NCBI GenBank assembly: GCA_950097015.1
Contig: CATNEN010000038.1
Coordinates: forward strand, 11,284,001 to 11,348,000
Reading direction: 5' to 3'
DNA length: 64,000 nucleotides
From: Macrostomum hystrix
Taxonomy: Eukaryota; Animalia; Platyhelminthes
Shown: one piece after another, positions 48,601 to 61,699 of the stretch
Layout of the letters: the number at the start of each line of letters is the position of its first letter
How positions within the stretch are numbered: position 1 is the first letter of the stretch
Program-made: the position numbers and the translations under genes
Notes under the pieces: model-generated
Databases searched by the model: none
What the model saw: the letters and a program-made list of their open reading frames with translations, nothing else
What the model was told of the DNA's origin: nothing

Positions 48601-49657
48601 GTTTAGGTGTTTTCTAGAAAGCCTTCATATCTTTTTACCTTCATCACACTTGGCTTGCGTGATTTCAAGGTCATATTTTTCGTCTCTCCCTGCATTCGGT
48701 AAGCACGCTATTTTCAAGGTCCCCCATTTGTTATTTTCCAGGCACGACAAGACCGCGTGATTTTCAAGTAACTAATATGAACTTTTAGAATTCTAATTGT
48801 CACAAATTCGCAATTAGTCCACTGGCGGGTTCATAAATTTGTGATTTATATGACTATTTTCTACAAAACTAGACAATGGCTCATTGTTTTCAGTCTACTT
48901 CATACTGTCCTTTCGCGAAGAACATTATAGTTCCAACTTTCATTTATGTAGTTTATGTGAATCGTTGATTTTTTATACCGAATTCTACTACATTTTTGTT
49001 AATCCGATTCTTATATATATATATATATAGAAGTCCTCTCTTGATTTTACGACCAAATATTTTTCTGCTGTTTACTAAAGTTTTGTTCATTAATTTTGTG
49101 CTTTTTATAAACAAGTCTAAAATCGATTGCCAGTCGCTTAGAATGTTATTTATATTGTGGTTTATGTGCAATAACTAGCCAAATTTTTATTATACCATTT
49201 GACTTACTCATTTGCTACACAAATATTATCAACTATTTAATAATTTTATATAAATAAATTCGAAAAAATATATGTCTGGTTGATCTTTTATTCGAGCCAA
49301 ATCTTTAAAATATTTTCTGTGAACCAGTTTTATTAGTTTTCCTGTGGGTTTTCTAAAAAATTACACCTAATGTGTGTCATTTCTAAGAAAAAATGGATTA
49401 ATTTACCTGTACAAATATTTCAGACAGATAAACTCGTCAATAGTGAAGTGTTACGTCAGACCAGGCATCATACATCATACTATCAGTAGAGTTGGAGAGA
49501 TCCACAACAAAATTGTCTTGAGAAAAGCTTCTTCTTCCAAAAACAGCGGATTGGCAGCGACGTAGAAAGTGATTCGCACCAGCTTACTGTCAGTAGAGTA
49601 ACAAAGAATTTGCTGTCGGAATCGCCTGACGCAGATCAGCGCCAACCGAAGCAGCCA

Positions 49658-51329
49658 ATGAGCGCAAAGCAAGGAGGAGGAGGTGGCCGCGCCCCGGACT
49701 CCGTGTCAGCCTACGCGGGCTTCCTGAGCGGCGCTACGGTGCGGGCGCTGCTGCAGCCGCTGGACGTGATCAAGATCCGATGGCAGCTGCAGCTGGAGGC
49801 CATCAGCAGACGGCCCGGTGGCGGCACGTACCAGAGTCTGCCTCAGACAGTGGTTCGAATCCTGCGCGAAGAGGGCCCGCGCGCCATGTGGAAGGGTCAC
49901 GTGCCGTGCCAGGTGGTGTCGGTGCTGTTCAACTCTGTGCAGTTTTACACTTTCGAGCGCTGCGGTCCGGGAGTTCGAATCCTGCTGCGCGGCGGTGGCG
50001 GTGACTTCGGCGCGGACTTTATCTGCGGCGGCCTTTCCGGAGTGACGGCGGCGCTGAGCTGCCACCCGTTCGACACGCTGCGGACTCGCCTGATTGGCCA
50101 GAGCGAAACCAACCGGGTGTACACAGGCTTAGCCCATGCTGTCAGTCACATGTGGCGCACGGAGGGTCCGAAGGTGTTCTTCCAGGGCCTGGGCTCCAAC
50201 CTGTGCATGTCGATGCCGCAGGCGGCCAGTCGGTTCGCCTTCTACAAGCTGCTGTTTGGCCCCCTGGCTGAGCGGTCCTCGACCTCCGCCGCTGCCGCCG
50301 GCTCGGGTTTTCTGTCCGGCGTGCTGTCCAAGGCGCTGGTTTACCCGTTCGATGTGATCAAGAAGCGGCAGCAGGTGCGCGGCTTTGAAACCGCAAGGCG
50401 CTCCTTCGGTCGAGTGCAGGTGAGAATAGTTTTGGTTTGGCCAATCCTCTTATTATTGACTTTAATAATCTATTTTCAGATTCTTTAATCTAGTACCAGC
50501 ATTCATATAGCTAGTTCCAGCATCCATCAATCTAGTTCCAGCATCCATCCATCTAGTTCCAGCATCCATCAATCTAGTTATAGCATCCATCCATCTAGTT
50601 CCAGCATCCATCAATCTAGTTCCAGCATCCATCAATCTAGTTCCAGCATCCATCCATCTAGTTCCAGCATCCATCAATCTAGTTCCAGCATCCATCAATA
50701 TCTAGTTCTAGCATCCATCAATCTAGTTCCAGCATTCATATAGCTAGTTCCAGCATCCATCAATATCTAGTTCTAGCATCCATCAATCTAGTTCCAGCAT
50801 TCATATAGCTAGTTCCAGCATCCATCAATCTAGTTCCAGCATCCATCAATCTTGTTTTAGTATCCACCCATCTAGTTCCAGCATCTATCAATCTAGTTTC
50901 AGCATCCATCAATCTAGTTCCAGCATCCATCAATCTAGTTCCAGCATCTATCAATCTAGTCCCAGCATCCATCAATCTAGTTCCAGCATCCATCAATCTA
51001 GTTCCAGCATCCATCAATCTAGTCCCAGCATCCATCTAGTTCCAGCATCCATCAATCTAGTCCCAGCATCCATCTAGTTCCAGCATCCATCAATCTAGTC
51101 CCAGCATCTATCAATCTAGTTCCAGCTTTGCTTCTGTCATCCCCACCCGCAGGACTCTGGCAGCAGTCGCACAATGGTCGCCTGCGCCTCATTTATCTGG
51201 CACAATGAAGGTTTTCACGGCTTCTACAAAGGCCTCGGGCCTTCCATGATCAAGGCAGGATTATTCACCTCAACCACATTCTTCTTCTTTGAGCTCTACC
51301 GCTCACTGATACTTTCTGCCCTGTACTGA
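49658..51329 (+). CDS. SLC25A19: Mitochondrial thiamine-pyrophosphate carrier-like, copy A; exons 49658-50419, 51153-51329
   Basis: Three carrier motifs PLDVIKIRWQLQ, PFDTLRTR, PFDVIKKRQQV; WKGHVPCQ, GFETARRSFG, FYKGLGPSMIKA are typical of SLC25A19/Tpc1. Confidence 0.88.
50488..51125. repeat. Intronic minisatellite, 21-bp unit (tctagttccagcatccatcaa)
   Basis: About 30 units ending ~27 bp before the acceptor. Confidence 0.95.
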
Positions 51330-52921
51330 CACTTCTGACACTTGCTCGTCCATTCACTCTACTGGTGTTTTAAGATGATTCTGAGGAATTTTTTTCTGCT
51401 CTTGGTCATTGTTTGTTTGGTCTTGCATAACCCCTTGATAATTGGTGCTTTTATTTGTCATTACCGATTGGTCATGAATCGTCAGTATTTTATGATCAGT
51501 CATTATCGATTGGTCATCGGTTCGTTATTGTCGGTCATTAACCAGTGATCATTGGTCTGTTTTAACCCTAAATCGTTCTGTTCTACCGTAACCCTTTGAT
51601 CATTGGTATGTTACGTTCGATCATAACCCATTGGAAATTGGTGTGCTATGATCAGTCATTTCATGTTGGGTTTTATTTGATTTTAACCATTGGTCATCGG
51701 TGTGTCTTGTGTGTCATTACCCCTTAATTGTTTTTATTTGTCCGGTCATTCTTCTCAGTGATTCGTAAAATACTTTTCTTTTCTTGAGCCAAATAATTAT
51801 TTGTTGTATCTTTGGATTTCAATTTATCTTTCTTTACTTGCACTGGTATTGATAAAGTTATCTCAAATTTCCTTATTTTCCAGTGTTGAAAGATGGTACT
51901 CGTATATGGTTGTAGAGTGCTTAGTAATTAGCCGACCTTATTACTTGTAGACAAACACCCTATTTAAAACAATGCTTTTAGACGTTCTCGACATAACGAC
52001 CTTAACTCGTTCTTGGGTTGCTTGTTTTTATTTAATATAAATAAGCTTTTTTCTCTTTGCATTCTCGACGTTTGACTAAATGCACATTCAATCTACATTC
52101 AATGTACGCTAAATGTACATTCAATGTACATTCAATGTACATTCGCTCAGCCCAGACTCCGCAAAGTGCTATTATGTACACTGTCGCTTATATTATAAAA
52201 CAGAAAGAACTTTCTTCAGTCCTTTCTAAGCGTTGTTTTTCTGTCGTTAAAAACTTTATTTTTTCCTTTAGCATTTTTTCTTCTTGTGTGCAATACATAT
52301 TATTAATTATAATAAGACAGTTTTTGTGCTTCCATTTAGCAGGGAAGTGTAAGTCAGTTATTTTTTCAATTTTGTAAGAAAAATGCCTTACTCGGCAATA
52401 CGTTTGCGTTGTATTTAGTTTTTCTATTATTTTTTACAGATTTCAGCTGTCATACTAATAATACCGAAAACGAAAAATATATATCGTATTATTTCTTGCA
52501 AGACTTTTACGGTGTACCATTAGTAATATAGATACTACTTAGTTTTGTTGTTATATTTGCTTGTATGCAGTAACAATGTTAAAAAGTCGAAAAAATAAAC
52601 TGTGCATACAATTGCTTTCGCTTTAACGCATTTATGTTATGCCGTTTTTAGCAAAGTTCCTAAACAGAAAAGTCTATCTATTTAGTTATTGAATTATAAA
52701 CTGCGTAATTGTTATTGCGTCGATGCTTTAAATAAAAACTTGTTTCGTTTCCACCTACTAAAAGTACAAAAATCCTGTATTTCAGAGCAAAATCCTGCTG
52801 AGCGTGTCCAACTAATAAAAATCGGCTACGCGATGATTCGCACCAGCCTACTGTTAGTAGAGTAACAAAAAATTTGCTGTCGGAATCGCCTGACGCAGAT
52901 CAGCGCCAACCGAAGCAGCCA

Positions 52922-54204
52922 ATGAGCGCAAAGCAAGGAGGAGGAGGTGGCCGCGCCCCGGACTCCGTGTCAGCCTACGCGGGCTTCCTAAGTGGCGCTA
53001 CGGTGCGGGCGCTGCTGCAGCCGCTGGACGTGATCAAGATCCGATGGCAGCTGCAGCTGGAGGCCATCAGCAGACGGCCCGGTGGCGGCACGTACCAGAG
53101 TCTGCCTCAGACAGTGGTTCGAATCCTGCGCGAAGAGGGCCCGCGCGCCATGTGGAAGGGTCACGTGCCGTGCCAGGTGGTGTCGGTGCTGTTCAACTCT
53201 GTGCAGTTTTACACTTTCGAGCGCTTCGGTCCGGGAGTTCGAATCCTGCTGCGCGGCGGTGGCGGTGACTTCGGCGCGGACTTTATCTGCGGCGGCCTTT
53301 CCGGAGTGACGGCGGCGCTGAGCTGCCACCCGTTCGACACGCTGCGGACTCGCCTGATTGGCCAGAGCGAAACCAACCGGGTGTACACAGGCTTAGCCCA
53401 TGCTGTCAGTCACATGTGGCGCACGGAGGGTCCGAAGGTGTTCTTCCAGGGCCTCGGCTCCAACCTAGCAATGCTGACTGGCCAGTCCGCTGTGCACTTT
53501 GCCCTGTACTCCAGCCTCAGGCGCGCCGATTCGGACTCATTCTCAGCCGGTGCCGTGGCTGGCCTGGCCGCCAAGAGCCTGGTCTATCCGTTGGATGTGC
53601 TGAAGAAGCGACAGCAGGTTCGGGGCTTCGAGTCGGCCAGGAAATGCTTCGGTTGTGTCCGGGTGAGTGCGCACTTCAATGCGACCTGACCTGACCTGAC
53701 TTCAGACTAGCAAAATACTGCACTTAAACCTGTAGACTTCCCATGCAATATACTACATACTGCATGATCCCTATAGAATATACTGCATGATCCCTATAGA
53801 ACATACTGCATGATCCCTATAGTACGAATTGCATGAAACCCATAGTACATACAGCATGATCCTTTTAGTACATACTGCATGATCCATATAGTACATACTG
53901 CATGATCTTTATAGTACATACTGAATGATCCATATAGCACATGCTGCATGACCCCTATAGTACATGATCGACATTTTGTTTATTATGTTTTTATTCATCT
54001 CATATACATTGTACATAGTACACCGATACCCAGGCTGTACCAAGTCCATCGGCTGTAGCGTACGCAATAGACATTATGCGACACGAAGGACCAACCGCCT
54101 TATATAAAGGTCTGCTGCCGGCAGCAATCAAGTCTGGCCTAGCTACTGGACTGACTTTCTACACCTACGAGACTTATAAATCTTTGTTAGGTTCTTTCTA
54201 TTGA
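52922..54204 (+). CDS. SLC25A19: Mitochondrial thiamine-pyrophosphate carrier-like, copy B; exons 52922-53662, 54034-54204
   Basis: Same motifs; third repeat PLDVLKKRQQVRGFESARKCFG; last exon ...HEGPTALYKGLLPAAIKSGLATGLTFYTYE. Confidence 0.88.
53745..53966. repeat. Intronic minisatellite, 23-bp unit (catactgcatgatccctatagta)
   Basis: About 9 diverged units. Confidence 0.85.
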
Positions 54205-54970
54205 GACGCGTCAGTTATACTGAGTAATCACTTAGTGTATTCCACTTTATATTTACGCAATTAGAGAAACTACACTATTTACACTAATAGCAGTAGCATT
54301 TGCAACTTTTCAGTTTCAACAAAAATAAAACCAAATAAAGCAATGATGTGCTGAATTATAAAGCTCTAAATTTAAGCTTAAAGGGTAAACTTAAATTTAC
54401 GCATAACTAAAGTGCACAAATGTATGTCAGTAGTATGATATGTATTACATTTTTTTATCGTTAAAATGGTTTTTATTGCAAATATAAATAGTACGGCTCG
54501 TATTATCTCGAATTGAGACTTCGTTGCAAAGACATCAAAGCTGCTAGTAGTATGCGAAGGATATTTTTCACAAAACTGTAATAAATTTAAGTGTTGGAAT
54601 AAAAAATGGCGAGAAATATGTACACAACATGAAAATTGAGGGGAAAAGCAAAACAAGCAAAAAGCACTACTGCCGAGCGTGATTGAGAACAGAAAATTGC
54701 TTGGGAAAATTGGTTGCAAAAAGTTTGACAACAGAATTCAGCTGCTCTAAAAGCTTGAAAATTGGAATATTTAAAAAACAAATGTAAAATTTCGGAAAAA
54801 GAACGATGTTCTTTTAACATTAAAAGTTCTTTTTACAGACGATGTAAAAGTTGTCGAAGGCCGAAACCAGCCATCTTATCCTTTCAATCCTTTCATAAAT
54901 ATGAGGGTGTGAACAAAGAGACTTGGGACCTCAATTTCAGGACAGTTTTTCAGGATAATCTCACCATTGC

Positions 54971-57900
54971 CTAGTAAGGCCTGCAATCTGCCTTCGGCCT
55001 CTTCAACTGCACCTTCAGCCGCTTGGCTCCCACCTGGAAGCCATTCATCGCGTGGATGGCCGCGGCTGCCGAGGCGACATTGTCGTAGCTGACAAAGCCG
55101 AAGCATTTGCTCTGGCTGGTGGCCCGATCCACGTACACCTTTGCCGAGATCACCGTCCCGAATGGGGCGAACATCTGGGCCAGCTCGCAGTCGCCAAACT
55201 CAGCCGGCAGGTGATAAATGAACAAATTGGCCTGCTCTGGTCCGGTCAGAATGAAATCGCTCGAGCCGTTCTTGTGCTGGACTGGCATTGAGATGGCGCG
55301 CTGGGCTATGGCAGCCGCTGTCAGCAGATGGGCACCGGGTACAGGTAACTGGTGGACGCCTGGGTAGGCTCCGTGAGCGTAGGCTGTTGGTGGAGTGAGG
55401 CGGATTGTAGTTATTTAGAAAATGGTCTAAGGATCACTGTTTTGAGGATCTAAAGAGAATTTGGATTACTGTTTTGAGGATTTTAGGATACTTGAGATCA
55501 TAGGTTGAGTAACTACGACGTAAAAACGATAACAGCTTATGAGGATCTTAAGAAAGATACAATTTGAGAATCTAAAGATAATTGGGATCAGGATTTTTGA
55601 GGACCTAAAGAAAGAGACTTGAAATCACAGAAATAAAGAAATCACATTCTTTATTTCTCTTCTTAGAATTGTAAATTAGCACCAAGAACCAATAACTAAA
55701 GCTCACCCAATGGAAACTGATGAACCGCGGCGTACATAGCGTGCATTTGGTCGTTACCTGAAATGCATTGAATCAAACTATTTTAATTCTATTAAATTTT
55801 AAATAGTCTTCTTCTGCCTATATGTATCGAAAAAATCGTTTTTGTGAACAAAAAACTTACTATTAAAGAAAGCCGGGGACGCGCTACTGGCGGCGTACAT
55901 CTGCGACCCGTCAGGTGGCGTGCCCGGAGTGCCGGCAACCAGACCCTGCGGCATCGTTGACTGCGACGGCCTGGGCGGCATCGACAAAGACATCGGCTGA
56001 CCCTGCATTGTTGTAGGCGGGGTTAGACCGGCCATCGCGGCAGCGGCCGCTGCAACAACCTGCGCAGACTGCTGCGGATGATGCTGGGTGGCCTGCAGCT
56101 GCATCGCCAAAGCGGCCATTGGGTTCACGTAGCCTGAGGCGTGCTGCAGGGGTCCCTGATAAATGAGAAATGTTTGTAAAATACAGTTTTTGCTACTGAT
56201 AAGTAGTGTGGTTTGCATGTGTGATTAGATTTACGAAAATATATAAGAATAAGGGGTATATTAAAATGCAAATTGTATTGAATTAATGCGAAAACTCACC
56301 TGCAGCAGTTGAGATTGTCCGGCCGCACCGCCAGCCAGATTCTGGGAGAGGCAAACACCCGGATTCAGCAGGCCTAGGGGGCCCACCGCCTGTTGAAGCT
56401 TGCGAATCTGGCGCTCCCGCTCGTTGTCGGCAAATTTCACCACGATGGAACTGCTGGCGCCCTAAATTTGGTAAAAATTTAATTTAAGGACTCTTAAATC
56501 CGAACTGCTTTTAAACCTTAACAAGTTATAAATCCAAACTACTCTTAAATCCCAACGACTTGAATCCTAAACGACTCCTAAATCCCAACGACTCCTAAAT
56601 CCCAACGCCTCTTTAATCCCAACGACTCTTTAATCCCAACGACTTCCAAATCCCAACGACTTCCAAATCCCAACGACTCCTAAATCCCAACGACTCCTAA
56701 ATCCCAACGACTCCTAAATCCCAACGACTCCTAAATCCCAACGACTCCTAAATCCCAACGACTCCTAAATCTTAACGACTCCTAAATCCCAACGACTCAT
56801 AAATCCAACGAATCCTAAATCCCAACGACTCTTTAATCCCAACGACTCCTAAATCCCAACGACTCCTAAATCCCAACGACTCCTAAATCCCAACGACTCC
56901 TAAATCCCAACGCCTCTTTAATCCCAACGCCTCTTTAATCCCAACGACTCCTAAATCCCAACGACTCCTAAATCCCAACGACTCCTAAATCCCAACGACT
57001 CCTAAATCCCAACGACTCCTAAATCCCAACGACTCCTAAATCCCAACGACTCCTAAATCCCAACAACTCCTAAATCCCAACGACTCCTAAATCCCAACGA
57101 CTCCTAAATCTTAACGACTCCTAAATCCCAACGTCTCCTAAATCCCAACGACTCCTAAATCTTAACGACTCCTAAATCCCAACGACTCCTAAATCCTAAC
57201 GTCTCCTAAATCCCAACGACTCATAAATCCAACGAATCCTAAATCCCAACGCCTCTTAAATCCCAATGCCTCTTAAATCCCAATGCCTCTTAAATCCCAA
57301 TCTCAACTCACCGGCATAGTCTGGCTGCCGTGCAGTGTATTGATGGCATTCTGCGCCTGTACGTGTGCCGAGTATTTGACAAAAGCGCAGCCCCTGCTGT
57401 TGCCGTGCTGGTCGCGCAGTACAGTGCACTCCTTGATGTCGCCGAATGGCTCGAACATTTTGCGCACATCAGACTCGGACTGCAGCTTGGACAGCATGCC
57501 GATGAACAGCTTGCAATCGTCTGGTGATGAATCGATGGTGCAATGTTGAAGCGTTTGAGTGACAATCGTGTAAATTAAGGAGATTTACACGATAACTACT
57601 ACCAGTGCAAGTAGTAATTGGGATGTTTTATCGAAAAGGTCCCTGATAACTTTACTGTAAGAACCTACTGGCGCTTTAGAATGTTATAGAGTAAATTTAG
57701 AATTACCTACAGTTAGTAGGCATTTGAAGCTGTGCAAAAAGCAATGCTATCATAAAATAATAGACTATTAACTAAATACTAAATACTAATTGAGTAACTT
57801 CGTTAAAGAAGTTGCAAACAGGCAGCCTAGCTTAAAATCTAATCTAAAAGCAGTTCCCAGAGCGGTGCCGCGATTGTAAAGAAATCTGACTTTACTCACC

Positions 57901-58203
57901 TTCATGTCCCGGCACAGTGGCCAGTTGATGCTGAATTTGCTTTACCTTGTCGGAGCAGCTGTTCAATCGAGAACTGCCTAATTTGCTGCTACTAGGAGCA
58001 AAGCTATCGCTAATGCTATCGGAGTAAGATAGGGTATGTTGTGGCTTGATATTTTCTATGGGAGAAATCAGCAAATCATGCTGCTGCTGCTGCTGCTGCT
58101 GCAAGTGCTGATAATGCTGCTCATGCTGCTGCTGCTGATGCTGATAATACAATGCCTGCTGATGCAGTTGCTCGTACTGGTGAGACCTACAGTCTACAAT
58201 CAT
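54971..58203 (-). CDS. CELF4: CELF3-6/Bruno-like RNA-binding protein (RRM2, linker, RRM3, with a His/Gln-rich 5' exon 58203-57900)
   Basis: [31 protein letters not shown]|[20 protein letters not shown]; [43 protein letters not shown]; exact paralog within CELF3-6 uncertain. Confidence 0.88.
56545..57301. repeat. Intronic minisatellite, 17-bp unit (aaatcccaacgactcct)
   Basis: About 44 units. Confidence 0.95.
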
Positions 58204-58857
58204 TTTCTCTTCCTGATCCTGAGTACTAAGAATGCAACTTAAGTCTGTGAGATAATTGTTATTGCTATTGCTTCAGTATTAAGATTATATAGGCTAGAGT
58301 GGGTGGGAATTGGGGCTCCGATTCAGTTTCAGGTTTGGGGTGGGTGCTCTGCCCTCAAAGGTTCCTGGTTGGCTGGCCAGGGTCGTCGCTTATTGTTAGA
58401 TGGGTTTGTTGGTCAGCCTGTTTTAACCAATTAAATTTTAGAGAGAATTTCCAAGCCCAATTCCCGGCCGTGGCCTGGCCCAGACTGGGGGCTGTGAAAT
58501 TATTTTGAAAAGCGAAAACACGTGCAGCTCAGATTAGTCAGTCAGACAGACGAGTGAGGAGATGGACAAGTCAAAACAAGCTAGCCAAAAACATCTACTA
58601 GAGACTTCTGCTCTTGGTTTGGCTGAACTTTCTTGACGGCTGGCTGGGGCTGGGGTGTCCCACAAGAAAGCACAAACAAGTTCTCTAATCTAAAGCTTTT
58701 TTACTTTAGAAACTGTAGAAAGTTAAATTTAAATCGGACTTTTGAAGCAACTGTTGTATAAAACAGAAAATAAAGGATGCACTCTGTTTAAATAAGGTTC
58801 TAATAAAATAACCAATTTGCTTTAAAAATTCTCTAAAATTAAACTTTTGATAATCTT

Positions 58858-59640
58858 ACATCTCTCCCCGTCTCATCTCTACCCGTCTCATCTCATCTTT
58901 CCTCTGTCTCATCTTTCCCATCTCATCTCTCCCCTCCCTGTCTCATCTCTCCCGTCTCATCTCTCCCGTGTCTCATCTCTCCCTGTCTTATGTCTCCCGT
59001 CTCATCTCTACCCGTCTCATCTCTCCCCTCCCTGTCTCATCTCTCCCGTCTCATCTCTCCCGTCTCATCTCTCCCGTCTCATATCTGCCTTTCTCATCTC
59101 TCCTGTGTCTCATCTCTCCCTGTGTTATCTCTCCAGTCTCATCTCTCCCTATCTCATCTCTCCCGTCTCATCTCTCCCGTCTCATCTCTCCCTATCTCAT
59201 CTCTCCCGTCTCATCTCTCCCGTCTCATCTCTCTCGTCTCATCTCTCCCGTCTCATCTCTCCCGTCTCATCTCTTCCGTCTCATCTCTCCTCTGTCTCAC
59301 CTCTTCTTGTCTGATCTCTTCAATTTCCGATCTCTGCACTGTCTCATCTCTTCCTGTCTCATCTTTCCCACAGTCTCATCTCTCGCCTGTCTCATCTCTC
59401 CCCTGTCTCATCTCTCCCACGTCTCATCACTCCCGTTTCATGTCTCCCCTGTCTCATCTCTCTCCTGTCTCATCTCTCTCCTGTCTCATCTCTCTCCTGT
59501 CTCATCTCTCTCCTGTCTCATCTCTCTCCTGTCTCATCTCTCTCCTGTCTCATCTCTCTCCTGTCTCATCTCTCTCCTGTCTCATCTCTCTCCTGTCTCA
59601 TCTCTCTCCTGTCTCATCTCTCTCCTGTCTCATATCTGCC
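58858..59640. repeat. Pyrimidine-rich satellite, 14-16-bp unit (gtctcatctctccc / ctgtctcatctctctc)
   Basis: Tandem tgtctcatctc cores. Confidence 0.92.
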
Positions 59641-60419
59641 CTGGGCATCGGGTTTTGATAATTGCTGAATCAATACTATAAGTACCATTAAACTCATTTT
59701 AATCTGAGCAATTTTAAAGTCCAATTCCACTGGAATATTATATAGTATTCAAACCTAACAACTTATAGTCGCAGTGAATCACATAAGTTTGGTTCGAATT
59801 CGAACATAAAGTCTATATTGACGCGTACCATTGCCATTTGGAACACGGACTTTATTTTATTCAAAATTTTCCTTTAGCGCCACACCCTGAAATTTCTTCG
59901 AGATTGACTTAATCTCACCTAATCTAAAGCTTCTAATCTAAAGCCTTAGCCTTAGCAACTAGCAATGTAAGTCGTTGACAATTCTAGAAATTAGCGCAAA
60001 TCCCACAGGCCGCCAAAGTCAAACCCCGAGTCGCACATTTTGGCACGTTGACGAAATTTGAGGCGAAAAATGTATGTTAATTGCGTAACACAGCCGAAAC
60101 TGACACATATGGATAATAATAAGAGCTAGATTTAAGAAATTTGCATATTATTATCGGTAAGCCTCAATGCTGATGATGCAACTTGCCCAAGGCACTATAG
60201 TCCTATTGTTACCTGCGACTGTGTTGCGTAACTTAACAATGAACAATGAACTTTGCCCCCCATTTGTAAATTGCATGGAGGAGACGGTACAATGGGTTCT
60301 TAACGAATTCGAGCTATTAAATTGGCTTTGTCAGAAATAAAGATAAACAATTTTATGATTAGGCGTCGAAATTTGTTCTGTACCCCTTTCTCCCCTTTTC
60401 CCCTTCCAATTCAGTTTTC

Positions 60420-61390
60420 CCCTTCTAAAACTGTCTCATCCCTTCTCACACTGTCTCTTCTCTTCTCAAACTGTCTCTTCCCTTCTCAAACTGTCTCATC
60501 GCTTCTCAAACTGTCTCTCCCCTTCTCAAACTGTTTCTTCCCTTCTCAAACTGTCTCTCCCCTTCTCAAACTGTTTCTTCCCTTCTCAAACTGTCTCTCC
60601 CCTTCTCACACTGTCTCTTCCCTTCTCACACTGTCTCTTCCCTTCTCACACTGTCTCTTCCCTTCTCACACTGTCTCTTCCCTTCTCACACTGTCTCTTC
60701 CCTTCTCACACTGTCTCTTCCCTTCTCACACTGTCTCTTCCCTTCTCACACTGTCTCTTCCCTTCTCAAACTGTCTCTTCCCTTCTCAAACAGTTTCTTC
60801 CCTTCTCAAACTGTCTCTCCCCTTCTCAAACTGTTTCTTCCCTTCTCAAACTGTCTCTCCCCTTCTCAAACTGTCTCTTCCCTTCTCAAACTGTCTCTCC
60901 CCTTCTCAAACAGTTTCTTCCCTTCTCAAACTGTCTCTCCCCTTCTCAAACTGTCTCTTCCCTTCTCAAACTGTCTCTTCCCTTCTCAAACAGTTTCTTC
61001 CCTTCTCAAACTGTCTCTCCCCTTCTCAAACTGTTTCTTCCCTTCTCAAACTGTCTCTCCCCTTCTCAAACTGTTTCTTCCCTTCTCAAACTGTCTCTCC
61101 CCTTCTCAAACTGTTTCTTCCCTTCTCAAACTGTCTCTCCCCTTCTCAAACTGTTTCTTCCCTTTTCAAACTGTCTCTCCCCTTCTCACACTGTCTCTTC
61201 CCTTCTCACACTGTCTCTTCCCTTCTCAAACTGTCTCTTCCCTTCTCACACTGTCTCTTCCCTTCTCAAACTGTCTCTTCCCTTCTCAAACTGTCTCTTC
61301 CCTTCTCAAACTGTCTCTTCCCTTCTCAAACTGTCTCTTCCCTTCTCAAACTGTCTCTCCCCTTCTCAAACTGTCTCTTACCTTCTCAAG
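60420..61390. repeat. Minisatellite, 20-bp unit (ccttctcaaactgtctcttc)
   Basis: About 48 units. Confidence 0.95.
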
Positions 61391-61699
61391 CTCTCTTAAA
61401 TGTTTCTTTTGCTCTCCAGCCCAAAGCCAGCATTCACCTGCCAACAAGAAGGCTAGGTGTATCGGATGAAATCTCACCTAGCTTACTCATATCTTCTCAG
61501 GCTTGAGCCTGGGGCCTGTTTGCTCCCGGAAGCATCAAAGGGCCTTCTTAGCTGCTGTTCCCCTAATTAGTCGGCAATGTGAGTTCGCATTTATGCCTGA
61601 CTGGGTCGCATCATATCGTAAATGGATTGTTTTCGAAATGAAAATGAAGTAATTAAAGATATAGCTTCGAATTTAAACCAGTACTCGTATTTGTATTGT

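Noticed and set aside
57566-57594. 11-bp inverted repeat near a CELF acceptor; 8-bp hairpin at 43249-43272
   Set aside because: Short, single-copy and no known motif; compatible with chance
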